Source of the DNA: Hydrolagus colliei
Lineage: Eukaryota
Length of the DNA: 64,000 nucleotides
Assembly (NCBI GenBank): GCA_035084275.1
Contig: CM068754.1
Location: forward strand, 13,888,001-13,952,000
Direction of reading: 5' to 3'
Shown here: positions 11,831 through 23,704 of the stretch, one piece after another
Numbering within the stretch: position 1 is the stretch's first letter
Layout: every line of letters starts with the position of its first letter
Translations under genes and position numbers: made by a program
Notes under the pieces: model-generated
Database searches by the model: none
Seen by the model: only the letters and a program-made list of their open reading frames with translations
What the model was told of the DNA's origin: nothing

Positions 11831-14800
11831 CACGACAATATCATTTACAATCCGAAACGTAGGATTTTTTTTTTACACTCAATATTTGCTGCTCACAGTA
11901 ACCAATCTGTTTCGATCGGCTGTTCATCTCGCATGTTGGCAGTGGACCTTTCAGTGAAATCTTTCTGATGGCCAATCCCGGCTGAGTGGTTTAGTGCAGC
12001 AATTTTCAAATCAATTGATTGCATAGAGAGATTCTTCAGAACTGAAGAAATTCAGGCCGAGCAAAGGACCCATTATTTCACCTTGTTGTGCCTCTAATGC
12101 TGTTGTCAGGAATCAATCACAGAACCTTCAACCCCCCCCCACCCGATTGCTCTCCAATTCTTTGCTCATTGCCAATGAAAGGCAGTTGATTGACTATCTC
12201 ACATTTACAACTCATTTAATTAAGGATTGTCTTCTAAACCGCGCTGATCTGCACTTAAAACATTTACTGACTTTACACAGCAATTATTTTAATTCTTGAT
12301 GATGCCAAGTATTTCTAGAATAAATATCCTGAGTGGCATTTGGATGAACATGCTCTCCAGTCCAATGCCTCTTCAAAATCTGACGCCTGTCAACATTCTT
12401 TCAGCGCATCCTCGAGAGCATTTCTTTTAATCAATCAGGGAACTTTGTGGTCTTGTCTGTTTATTTGCCTGTTTTACGTGCTCGTCTCTCATTTTATCCA
12501 GCACTTGCATTGATTTGTGGAATACTTTCCATTTGCACCTTTCTTCCTTTGTTCACTTGGCTTTCCTGTACTGCCCTATTATAATAGTAATAATATAATA
12601 AATAAACCTTACAATCATGGCTGACACAACAGTGCTAAGCTAGGGTTCCTTGCAGTGTCAGTGTCTCAGGTAGAATGGGACAGTAATGTTGTAACAGTGT
12701 CAATAGGATAAGTCAAGTGGCCACCACAGACTTAACATAATGGAGTGCAATGCGTGATGTTCACAACAGGATGAGAAGCAACAGTTGAGACATTTAATTG
12801 TGCGAAAGGTTTCTTAATTTGTTCCTTCGGAAAATGTCGGATTGTGAGTTTCCAAAAGTCAATGAAGTTCAAGGAACGTTACGAAATAGAATAATTTGGT
12901 AGCACTGAAAATAATGCAACCTTCCCAATGTTGCACTATGGAGAAGTCATCATAGTAATGTCATCGCGTATGGATCAAAGTAAGACCATTGATCCCTTGC
13001 TCTCCACAGATGATGTACAATTACACTATCATGGTCTTGACTCACCTTATTTAATCTCCTGAGAGAGGTAAATAAGCACAGAATAAAATTTCCAAGAAGG
13101 TGAAATTGCTCTCTGAACCTCAAAGGAAATGAAACAAAACTCCAGTATTTTGACTCTTAGCATTACAACCTATAATATTTAACCCTAATCAGTTGCTTTC
13201 GACGGATGACATGTCCATGGTCCCAGAAGCACAGGGTTTATTATGTTCCATATAAAATCTGATCATCCATATGGCAAGTCTGAAAATCTCATGTAAAGCC
13301 AATGATCGAGAATGGAGCTGGGGTCCAGTTTGGGAGGAGGTGTGATAAGAGGTGAGCATGGTTGAAGACTGACATCCCAAATAATTTGTAGGCCATAGTG
13401 AACAAAGGCTTAACAGTATACAATAATGTGCACTCAACATTCATCAAATAACACAATCTGCAACTGATGATTTTCAGAGAAGGAGGCTCGCTCCGACTGA
13501 GACGGAGGATTCACTAATATAAACTGTGCATATGTACAAATGTTGGATTTTAGCATTCTTTCGTAAATTTATTTCACAATCAATCAAGATTCATATCGCG
13601 ATGAATATTCCCTGAACTATGGTAGACTCACCCTGATTGTTTACAACATTGCAAATGCCCCTTTTATTGAATTACAACCTGTAACTCACTGCTCGCTATT
13701 TCTGTCTGCTGGCTGAGGTGTGAATGGTTATACTCTAAGGGAAGACAGGCAATTTGGCACTGGGATACACAATGCGAGCACACTGCTCTAATTTTGGTAT
13801 TTGTTGGGTTTGAATGACCTGCTCTTTTGGTTTGAATTCAACTCCTAATGCTATGTACTGCTTTGTTTGTGAGTACTTGTGCTCAAATGGTTAACATCAA
13901 GCTTAATCCTCAGTCTGTGACACAATAAGACACCAATGTCATCGGTCAGAATATTTGTAAAAAGAGGTTATTCAGACTGTTGTAAACTGCTGTGCTGATG
14001 TGGCCTTGAAATCCCTTAGATCGGAGATTGCTCACTTAAACCACAAATGTCTGGAAGATGTTACAGACAGATTATTGCACCCCATGTTTGGAAAACTGTG
14101 CATAACCATAATTTGTGACAGCATTGAAACAACCTGCCAAAAGAGAAACTGGAGATTTTGATGTTTTATTTTCAAAAAAAATTCAATCACGGATGAAAAG
14201 GATTCCAGAGCTCTGTGCATTGTGTCACATTTCACGGAATGGATAGCATTCCTTTTACCCAGGGCTATCTTTTATGTAGAAAGTTGGATCCTGCTCCAAT
14301 CCTGCTTGTCATGAGCCTTGTGGTTGACATGGTTTGAAGCCTTTTGCAGATCTGTGAACTGATCTCTGAGGGAACAATAGTATTCTGCCACCTGACTAAG
14401 CCAGAGAAAAGTCAGAGGTTGACAGAACTAGAGCAATGCATCAGTGGAAAGCTCCAGAGGAAGGCTAACATGTATTCTGAACGAGGTAAATAAGTGAGAC
14501 ATTAAAAGAGGAGAAAACAAACAGACACACTTATTTGCTTCACAATAGCAAATTGACCTAATTCCCAGCTTGTTTAAATTCACAACTGTCAGAATGTTTG
14601 GGAACTTTAAAGATACGAATATATATTAATAAAATGAAAGATGCCTGGAAGGGCCACAGTCAAGTTTTGGGTTTCAATGCGGCGCAGTAGGTAATTAATG
14701 TTGACATGGTGCATTTGCGGATTCATTTTGATGTTTTTTTTAATGATTTCCTTAACCTTCAGTGATTTATTATTTTGTATGAAGCAAACCACCGATGATT

Positions 14801-15619
14801 TGAATCTCTGTTTGAAATGGTGTTCTTTAATATTTTTTTACACGGCAGAAGAATGTTTGTTTTCATGTTCTGTGCTTGTTGTGGATATTATGAAGGAAGT
14901 GAGGGACTAGAAAAATAACTTGTTGGCTTCAGCTTTCTTTTATAGTTTTATGAACCGTTCATTTCAGGATATTGATGAAAGGTTGGAAGATGGATAAAGA
15001 GTTTCAAATCCTGTTAATTTTATCTGGATAGTATTTAGACTTGATATTCTCTTATTGGAATTTTGCATTCTTTAACATAAAGCAAAGAAAGGGTTGATAA
15101 GCAAACTCACACTGCCTTTCTCTAGCTCTCTCGCCATCCTGTACAAATGTAATTTTGTTTTGTATTGTATCCAGCTATCCATCACCCTCTCTGCCTGCAG
15201 CCCAATCTTAAATGAGCGCCCCCTACTGCATATGTGTAAGATGTCTCACACTATTTGCCTCTAATCTAATCACTCACTAAGTACAGCAACACGTTTGATG
15301 TGTTTTTATAGAAAGGAATAGAATAGAATTCCTTCTAAATATGAATGCCTCATTAATGCTGAGTTTGTTTGTTACTGATTGTTGCTCATTGCTGTAATCA
15401 ATCACTTGTTACACTTTAGTTCTCACCACTTGCTTCACTGGGGATCTTGGTCCTATATGTAATGCAAGGTTTTAGTGCATTATGCACACAAGCAAGACAA
15501 GGTCATCTTAAGGGAGATGATTGATGCAACTCCCAATTTCTCTGCTATTAACATTGCGAGGCTGAGTACAATAAGCAATTTCCAATTTTAAATAAACACT
15601 CTAACCCATTTATTTATTC

Positions 15620-15982
15620 TAATAATAATCCTTTCGTTTGATATAGTGCCTTATTACATCTCTGAGACATCTCAGAGATCTTCACAGAATGTACTGTAGG
15701 CTATAGTGACTGTGTATTTTGTAGATGAGTTCAGCAAAACATAATTATGTTACACAGCCATGAAATGAATGACCAATTTTATCTGAAGGATTGTTAGCCA
15801 GGGCAATGGGAGGAGCTGCCTTCTCTATTCCAATAGTGTCATGGGCTCTAAATATCTAAATCAGTAGGCGAGACTTGGGTTTAACATCTCCGAAAGATAG
15901 CACCTCTGAGAGTTAATTGGTGTGTCAGCCTAGACCGTGTGTTCAAAGTGGTCTTTCATCTCACAGAGTGAGCTATCAACAA
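15620..15982 (-). mobile_element. Old Deu-domain SINE (SacSINE1/AmnSINE1-like)
   Basis: Same tail as family A plus a Deu-like core (ggtttaacatctccgaaagatagcacctc; gtgtcagcctagac). Colinear with 36286-36680. Confidence 0.7.
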
Positions 15983-16254
15983 GTAAATTATTATTCACGT
16001 GTTTTATCCATGTTATTCCCACTTCTAAGGCAACAAGATGTCTTCATAGACACCTTGATCTAGGCACCCATTCCCGGCTGTTGTCAATGTCTCTCTGTTG
16101 CTGGCTGCAGTGTTTCAGAAGTGACTCAACTTGACTCATACTTAGATATTTGAGCAAGGCGCCACCCCCCCACCCTCCCCCACCCCACCACCACCACCCA
16201 AAACATTCTTGCTCCTCCGTGGCCTGAGTATGAAGATCCCTGCCCTCAACAATG

Positions 16255-16455
16255 TTGCTCAATAGGCACTCAATCAGCTTCTGAAAGGAAATGACAGGTT
16301 AACGTCTCAGGTTTGACCCTTCGTCAGAAACAAGTCTGCCAATGAAAGGTCACCCCAAAACATTGAGCCGCTCTCCTTCGCACGCCGATAAAACATGTCT
16401 GAACTCTCAGCATTTTCTGACTTGATTTCAGATTTACAATATGTGCAGTTTTATT
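16255..16455. mobile_element. Degenerate Penelope-like inverted-repeat remnant with mutated minimal hammerhead core
   Basis: Minus strand CTGACGA-AGGGTCAAACCT-GAGACGTTAAC, facing a decayed plus-strand copy (atgaaaggtcaccccaaaacatt...cagcattttctg...tttcagattt). Family recognised from memory. Confidence 0.55.
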
Positions 16456-17987
16456 CGGTTCCATATCTCCTTCAAGAGGCTTGCCTGACATTGTGGGGGA
16501 AGTCACCTTGAGGGAGAATTAAAAGCATGACTCATGCTGTACCACTTTTTGCCACATTATTTATAAAACATTTGTAAGTGCAGCATTTGCATTTATGTGT
16601 GACAAGATAATGTCATCCCTCAAGAGCAGACGAATTTCCAAATGTGGAATAAACCAACACGAGAGTCCCCATGTACAGTATTTCGCCCGAGCTTAGTAAA
16701 GAGAGGGGGGGGGAAAAGAACGGATTTTATTACATATGAAAAAAAATTGATGTTAACAACATAGAACTTTTTTTGTGTGTGTATAGTGCACTGATGCTGG
16801 TTGTGTGGGAATTGATACAGAACATAAGTGTACAAAAAACAGGTGTGCTGCTCTCTTTATTGAATCCTTGTGACTGACAGTTGAAGTTAGAAGTCCCATG
16901 TGAGCCAAGCAATGCTTTAACAAGAGGCAATCAAGTGTCGGATAGGAGGTTCACTTAACATTTAATTTTGCAAAAGGAAGCAGTCTGCAGATATTCATGT
17001 AAGGCATTTCTTTGCGGACCTTTGACCTTCGTTTTTGTCCCCAGAGTTTGCATAGTCTGTTACTTCAAGCAAAACTTTTAACAGAGAGCCTTCACAGGAG
17101 ACTTGCTCATGGGCCAAGCCAGTCTACCACAGTCCCCGCTGGTAAATCACAGGCTGAGTGAAATCGGAGAGGACATTGTGAAGCTGTCAAGCTGAGGGAA
17201 GTTAAATGGGCTGAAGTGATAGCTCATGTTAACACTAGCAGCCATCTCTGTCAAACAAAAACCCAGTAGAGGACATTTAAAAGGCAATTTGGCACTATTG
17301 GGTGGTCGATTAAAGATACAAAAAAAAGAAAAATAAGGGCAAAGGGTAGCCATGATTGAATGTATAAATCTGGGAGCTTTTAAATGAACAGAATTTCTGT
17401 GTGTTTGTGACCTCTATTAGTGCAGCAAATGTCATTATTCCCCATGTAAATGCAATGGAGACAGGTGTCTCTGTGAGGTCTGGGTGGATACGTGTTTGTG
17501 ATACACTTCTTGTTAACATCAGCGGATCCAAAGAAAATGATCTTCTTTCCCTCCTCCCACCTTTTATGTCTCACAGCAGGTAGGCACTTCATACAGGGTT
17601 GCTGTATGATTTAAAACCCAGAGCCAAGCCTGAAAGGCCGTGGAAATACGGGTAGGACATTCACATCTCTCTAATGGGTCAATTATTTTAATGTAGGACA
17701 CTTCCCTACTCAGAGCCAATTTTCAGGTGCTTGCGGTATGAGATTGTACTGTATAAGTCCATCAACGGAAAGATCCATACATAAATGAATGTTAAAAATC
17801 ACAGCTGAAAGAAGAAGGTTGCAACCAGCCTTCTCTCAGATATAATTTTAGTGATTAAAACAGTTTTTATTTAAACAAGAAAAACAGTTGTGCTAAACCA
17901 AAATAGGTGGGTTTATTTCACATCAGGACTGTTTGTGACCAATCGATTTATTTATGATCGTGGTCAGGTTTTGAGCTCTATCTTTTA

Positions 17988-18092
17988 ATTCTAATCCTTG
18001 AATTTGATATAGCACTTTTCACGTCTTCTAGACGTCTCAAAGCGCTTCACAGAATGTACTGTAAAGTGAGTTGACTGTATATTTATGGGCGA
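17988..18092 (-). mobile_element. Family A SINE 3' fragment
   Basis: taatccttgaatttgatatagcacttttcacgtcttctagacgtctcaaagcgcttcacagaa matches the other copies. Confidence 0.85.
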
Positions 18093-19659
18093 GAGAATGA
18101 TAGTAGGGAATGAAAATAAAAAGGCACTTACCGATGGTGATAGCTGATAAATAACTGCAGGGTTACCTCGCTGTCTAAGTGTAATTACACTAATTACCTC
18201 GATGGCACCAGTACGAGTCCAGCAGGCATGTGCGTTTGCTGTTCCAATGACAAGACAGTGCTGGTAGGTTTCCTGGCAAGAGCTGGGCTGACACAGGGAG
18301 CAGAGAGATATTTCCAGCCCTTGTAGCTGGCCTCCTCTGTCAAAATCATGGCAGTCATTATCAACCTGTTCTTCACAGGATGAAAGCGCACAGCCAGACT
18401 GTGATCTTAAATGACTACAGTTCAGTTGATTTTGTAACCTTAATCTCCTGTTAATTGTTTGGTAATGAGTGGTACTTCAGCTTCAATCCTACCTTGTGTA
18501 ATTAAATTAGAAATCCCCCTTTAATCCAATCCTTACCCTGCTGTGTAAAGCTAACACTAACATTAGATTAACACACAAACATTTTTTTTATTTTGTACTT
18601 ACCATTTCGCTTCCTGTCACATCAGTCCGGCTCAGTTGATAGCACTCACACCTCCAAGGGTGTCAGTCCTCTAGTTGCTAGCACTTGTATCAAGCACTTT
18701 TGAGAAGTCCTCCCTCCAAGAAAGTTGCTAGTTATATGATATAAATAATAATCCTTGGATTTGATACAGCAGCCTTACAGTTGTATCATATATAAAGATT
18801 ATTACTAATCTGTATTTTGCAAAGCACCATCAATATGCACAGCCTCCCACCTTTCACCACCCCAGTGTTGTGACCAATACCAGGTTATTTGGATAAGATC
18901 TGGTAATAATGGTTGAATTTGTTTTGCAATGGTGTATATTCTAAAAAAGACACTTAATATGATACATTTGTCAAGTGTTGAGTTATAATACTCTGCTTTG
19001 GTAAGTCCAGCCACTGTTCTGTCAGACAGAATGGATTGCCTTACCTGAGAGAATCCTTTTTCATTGTTTGCTGTTTTCTGCCATTCCTTTGTTCCTTTTA
19101 GTGACCTAAGCCACAGCAATTCCAGCTGAAGTAGACATCAGCTTCGAAAGGATGAAATTCCTCTGCCTGTTGAAAAGGCAGAAAAATCTGTGTCATGAAA
19201 TCTACAAAGCAATTAATGAAAACCTATGAATGCCTGAAAAGCGTTGGTGCTGAAGTGCCAGACTTGTCATTTTGTTAGCATCAATGAGCAGTTACCCTTA
19301 ATGACGAGCGAGTAGTTCATAATGCTGAAGTAACTTAATAATCCATTTGAGGTTTATAACTATCAAACCCCTTGAAAGTCACCTGCGGATTGTGGAATTT
19401 CATCTGGAATTCCCATCACATCAACAATGCAAATAAATCTTTATTTTGCACGAAGCATCGGTTTTCTCTTCGTACAGTAGGGGGTCTAAAAGGTGGCGAT
19501 TTCAAACAGGATTTCTTAATAAGAATTCTGAGTTTCAAAACGGGTTTCCTTCCTGTAACTGATATCACTTTGTGCTGTGATTCAAACTGCTTTCGTTTCA
19601 ACCACAAATATATAGTCAATTTTCCTACTTTCCTTCCCCCAACCACGACCCCTCCCCAC

Positions 19660-19922
19660 TTCTGCTCTGGTCCCTACCTCTTTTCCCTCCTTTCTTCCTT
19701 CTTGTCCTTTTCTTCCTTCTTGTCCTTTCCTCCCTGCCTACTCTGGTCCCTACCCCTTTTCCCCCCTTTCTTCCCTCTTGTCTTCTCCCTCCTCCCCCCC
19801 CCCCCCCCCCCCCCCACTCTGGTCCTAACCACGGGACGTTGTTCTATTCTGTGAAGCGCTTTGAGACGTCGATAAGATGTGGAAAGCGCTATATAAATGT
19901 AAGGATTATTATATTATTATTT
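19660..19922 (+). mobile_element. Pyrimidine/C-rich tract followed by an L2/SINE-type tail ending ggattattat
   Basis: tattctgtgaagcgctttgagacgtcgataagatgtggaaagcgctatataaatgtaaggattatt, preceded by repeated ctctggtccctacc units and poly-C. Possibly the 3'UTR of the SINE's partner LINE. Confidence 0.65.
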
Positions 19923-21358
19923 ATTTCAAAGTGCCATTGCCACTGGACTCGGTGGCTGGTAGGAAGCCCCATTTGTGGCTCGGATCCTTATTAAGAAATT
20001 ATCAATTGCAAGCATTATTATAATTGTCCCATTTGAAATCGCTGCGTTTTAGACCATAATAGAAAGCGAAGCGGAAAATGATTGTTCTGTGCACAAGGGG
20101 AGATGGATGTAACATTATCTAGGTGCTGTTGCCAGTTTTGAGATGAAGGTTAGAAAGTCAGATAGATGTACGTAAAATGTCAGCATTACAACGACAATTC
20201 ATTTGTCCTTTCCTCTGTTGACCCAGGTTGCTGATGCAAAGTTAATGTCAATTGAACAAAGAATAAATTGTAGTTAAATGTTGTTTGGGATTTTTAAAAA
20301 AATAACAATCGTTTAGAGGGCAGGCTTGGAGTTGAAGCATGGGCAACCGTTTGAAAAGAAATTATAGCTCAGTTGAGACACTGCGATATTAATATCTACT
20401 GAAATAATACTTTCCCATTTATTCTACGTGAAGAAACACACTAATTTTACTGATGTGTAATTGGGATCTGCATTTTTCTTTACATTTCAGAGGTTTATTG
20501 CTCACTCATTTATTTGTTAAATAAAAATACATTGCAAGCGATTAACCTGCCAGGAGACGTAGCAGAAAAACCTGAATTTCAATGAACCAATTTACCGAAA
20601 GGCAAATTGTATGCTAATGACATGACATTTTAAAGTAAAACTAGAGAGGAGCTACATGTTAACCATGTAATATACTAGTACTGTCCGACATGGGTCAGAT
20701 GAAAATTGAATCCAGTATATTGCTGGGCCCTGATCGCTGGTGTCTGTTCATTGCAAATCAGCTAATAATGTGAGACCTTTGGTTTGATTGTTACTGGAGC
20801 TTGTTTGGATTGTGATTTTGTGCACAGTTATGCGAACCATGGTAAAAATTATATTTAAAATACCACTAAGCATGCGCGGTCAGTAAATAACCAAAGAATA
20901 CATTTACATTTTACTCCCCGCGTTTCATTTGATTAGTACTCGCACACCCTGACACAAAACATTCATTATTCTACACCTCAAGTTTTCGTGCTCAAAGCAA
21001 ACATTTCCCCCTGTTCTGCCTATTTTTCTCCTGGGCATTTAGTTTGCTCTGTGTGCGCGAATAAGAAGGAATCGCAGCCAGGAATCCTGAACTCTGGGTG
21101 CAGAAGGCCCAGGCGGGCCACATATTCTGAACGATTTGTACCAAGTTCTCCTCCTCAGAAATTTGCTGAGCTAAATCTATGAAAATGCAGTCCCTGTGCA
21201 GAACTGATCAAGGAGAAATTACTGCCTTCTTCCTGGCTCTCTCAACAGGCATGGCACCCAGCTGTTTGCAGTCTTTGCACCCCAGCTCGCAAGACATCTG
21301 AGTAACGCTTTAACCCACGATATCTCGTGCTTACTTTCTTATTTATTTTTTCTTGCAG

Positions 21359-21410
21359 AATGCTGGAGGATGACCTGAAGCTCAGTAGTGACGAGGATGA
21401 CAGTGAACAG
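21359..21410 (+). CDS. AFF2: AFF2 exon with DLXLS motif: (S)MLEDDLKLSSDEDDSEQ
   Basis: Long pyrimidine tract, ttgcag|A ATG...CAG|gtaaat; 52 nt, phase 2-0. MLEDDLKLSSDEDD matches AFF2. Confidence 0.95.
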
Positions 21411-23300
21411 GTAAATACAATCGTGAAACGCTCGGGCAGCACTTTCTGATTGATAGTGAAGCAATTCTTGTCGGTGGGGGTTAGGAGCATGAGCAGTGCA
21501 CACAAGTCCCAGCTCCTAGATTGTCAGAAAGCAAACACAACTATAGTGGCTTACTGCGATTGGTTACAGGATCTAAGAGCAGCACGACACAGTCTTTTCC
21601 CTGGTAAGCAAAATCAATTTCAATGACAAACAGTGAAACAAATGGCGTGATCTCTCTGCCTCTGTGTGCCCTGTGTAAACATAGCCCACGTTGTGGCCTC
21701 AGAGTTGAAATCATCTGCTATTGAGTACAGGCAAACTATCTTCTCGTACACTGTAGGAATGCGACAGCTGAAGTGTATTCAGCGCGGACAGGGCACTTAC
21801 GATTGTTTTGGGGGTGGATTTTAAAGATAGCCAAATCTCTCTCTCAATGAGGATAGTCCCTGCCTATATGGATCCCCAAAACATTTTCTTCGTTATGATT
21901 GCATCCGTCGAATGCAGATGAGAACAAATACAGTAATTGATTCCTGAAAGTAGGTTCCAAGTTTGGGAGTCAGCCAAGGGTGTTAGATGTCGCCATTCAT
22001 CTTAAAAGTAAAGTTTGAAGGGTTTATGAATGTTTCCCGGACCTCAGTTTGGGGTTTTATTTGTTAGTTTAGTCACAATATTGTCTGCTTCTCTGATACA
22101 TCCATGATTTCGCAGACATGTTTTGTAAAAATGCAATGACAGTGTTACGTGGTATGACAGAGAGCTGATAGTGTGAATCACCCCAAAACTTATGATTTAT
22201 GCTAGGTGATCGCTGGCAACTCTACAGTAGTTCATCAACAAAAGTCATATACATACGTGAGCCAGCACTGAGAGTTGACAGATACACGTAACTATTCAAG
22301 CCCTTCATTGCACTCCTATACTGTGTTGAAGTAACTGCAGTGTGCTCATCACTTGGTCAATGATTGCTTATGCACAATCAATGTCTATGGATATGCTCGT
22401 GTTCCACATTGTGAAGTTCACATTGTGTCTAAATAACAGTCACCTCCTTAATCCGACATTTCACAGCAAACCTCACTCCCCTGTGGATGTCTGGAAAGAT
22501 CCCAGTGACATAAAAGTTGGGGGGCGAGTAATGACCTTTTATAGCAATGGTGATGGATTGTCCCCGTAGGTTTTCATGGAGCAGGTGGCAAACCTCAGTC
22601 ATTGACTCCTCGATGAACTTAAGCCTTCTCAAACAAGAGTCTTTGTCTGTCTTGTCTCAATAACTGTCTAGAGTAGTACCTGTTGAAACGTATGTACTTC
22701 CAGTTCCCTCTGCGCTTCTTGATCTCTCTGTTCACTTCAACTTGGATAATCTGGACAGCCTCCAAAACATTTTTGTGCCGCTTGAGAAAAATACTCTCAA
22801 TTCTCTTCTCCTATTCTTCTCTCCTTAGACCTGGAGGTAAATACTCCCAGTCTCTCTGTAGAATGCTCCAAGGAAATCTCCTTAATGGTCTTAAACATTT
22901 ATGAAGCTAAAAATTCTCTTTCTTTCTTTTCCCATTTGAAAGATGTGAATTTTGGGACCAGCACTGAATAATTTAACCAATCTCCCAACATTTCTCCTCC
23001 TTTCCGCTTGTTTACCTGTTAACTTAGATTAGTGAGCGGGAGTTTCCTCAATCCAGATTCCTTCCCCAGAGCAGAGGCAGAACGAAAGACTGCATTGATA
23101 CATGTTCCAGTGGTCAGTTGAACAATAGAATTAGAATAGTATGAGACAAGGGGGAAGCCCTCTGAAAGAATGTGATGTAAAAATACCTTTGAAATAATGG
23201 GAGAAGAATAAATACAGTCTCAACTGAAATGATCTGCTTTTCTGTCTCTTTTGTTAGTCCACTCTGATGGATTACTATGGATTATTGCAGTTTTGCGCAT

Positions 23301-23704
23301 CCCTCAAAAAAAACTGTAAGAAATCGGTCATTTCAATCCACGACTGTTTGTGGGACACTGCTGTGCGCAATTTGCTGCTGCATTTCGCCTACAAATAGAG
23401 TAAAAGCCCATTTATCCGGCACCTTCGGGACTTAGCCAATGCCGGTTAAAGCATGTGCCGGATATTCGCCGAAAACACACAATTAAAAAAAACAATACAT
23501 TATGCCGGATAAATTCTGGTTAATCGAATGCGGACCTTTTTTTTGCAGTGCCGGTTATACGGAAGTTACGGATGATCGGGTCACGAATAAATGGGCTTTT
23601 ACTGTATACAGTCAGTTCACTTTACAGTATATTCTGTGAAGCGCTTTGAGACATCTAGAAGATGTGAAAAGCGCTATGTCAAATGCAAGGATTATTATTT
23701 ATTA
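23301..23704 (+). mobile_element. Family A SINE (3' two-thirds) interrupted by a MITE
   Basis: Body ggtcatttcaatccacgactgtttgtgggacactg...acaaata resumes at tatacagtcagttcactttacag. Confidence 0.88.
23398..23604. mobile_element. 207-bp non-autonomous Tc1/mariner (pogo/Tigger-type) MITE
   Basis: TIRs gagtaaaagcccatttat / ataaatgggcttttactg (17 of 18 match), TA on both sides, internal tgccgg(a/t)ta repeats, clean insertion into a known SINE sequence. Confidence 0.85.

Noticed and set aside
19372-19854. Longer intronic ORFs (19372, 10871, 41089, 49714, 58264)
   Set aside because: Low-complexity or repeat-derived, with no recognisable domain and no matching splice sites.
20870-20951. Possible hAT terminus (cgcacaccctg), and a Tigger-like end near 17750
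   Set aside because: No partner terminus or target duplication found.
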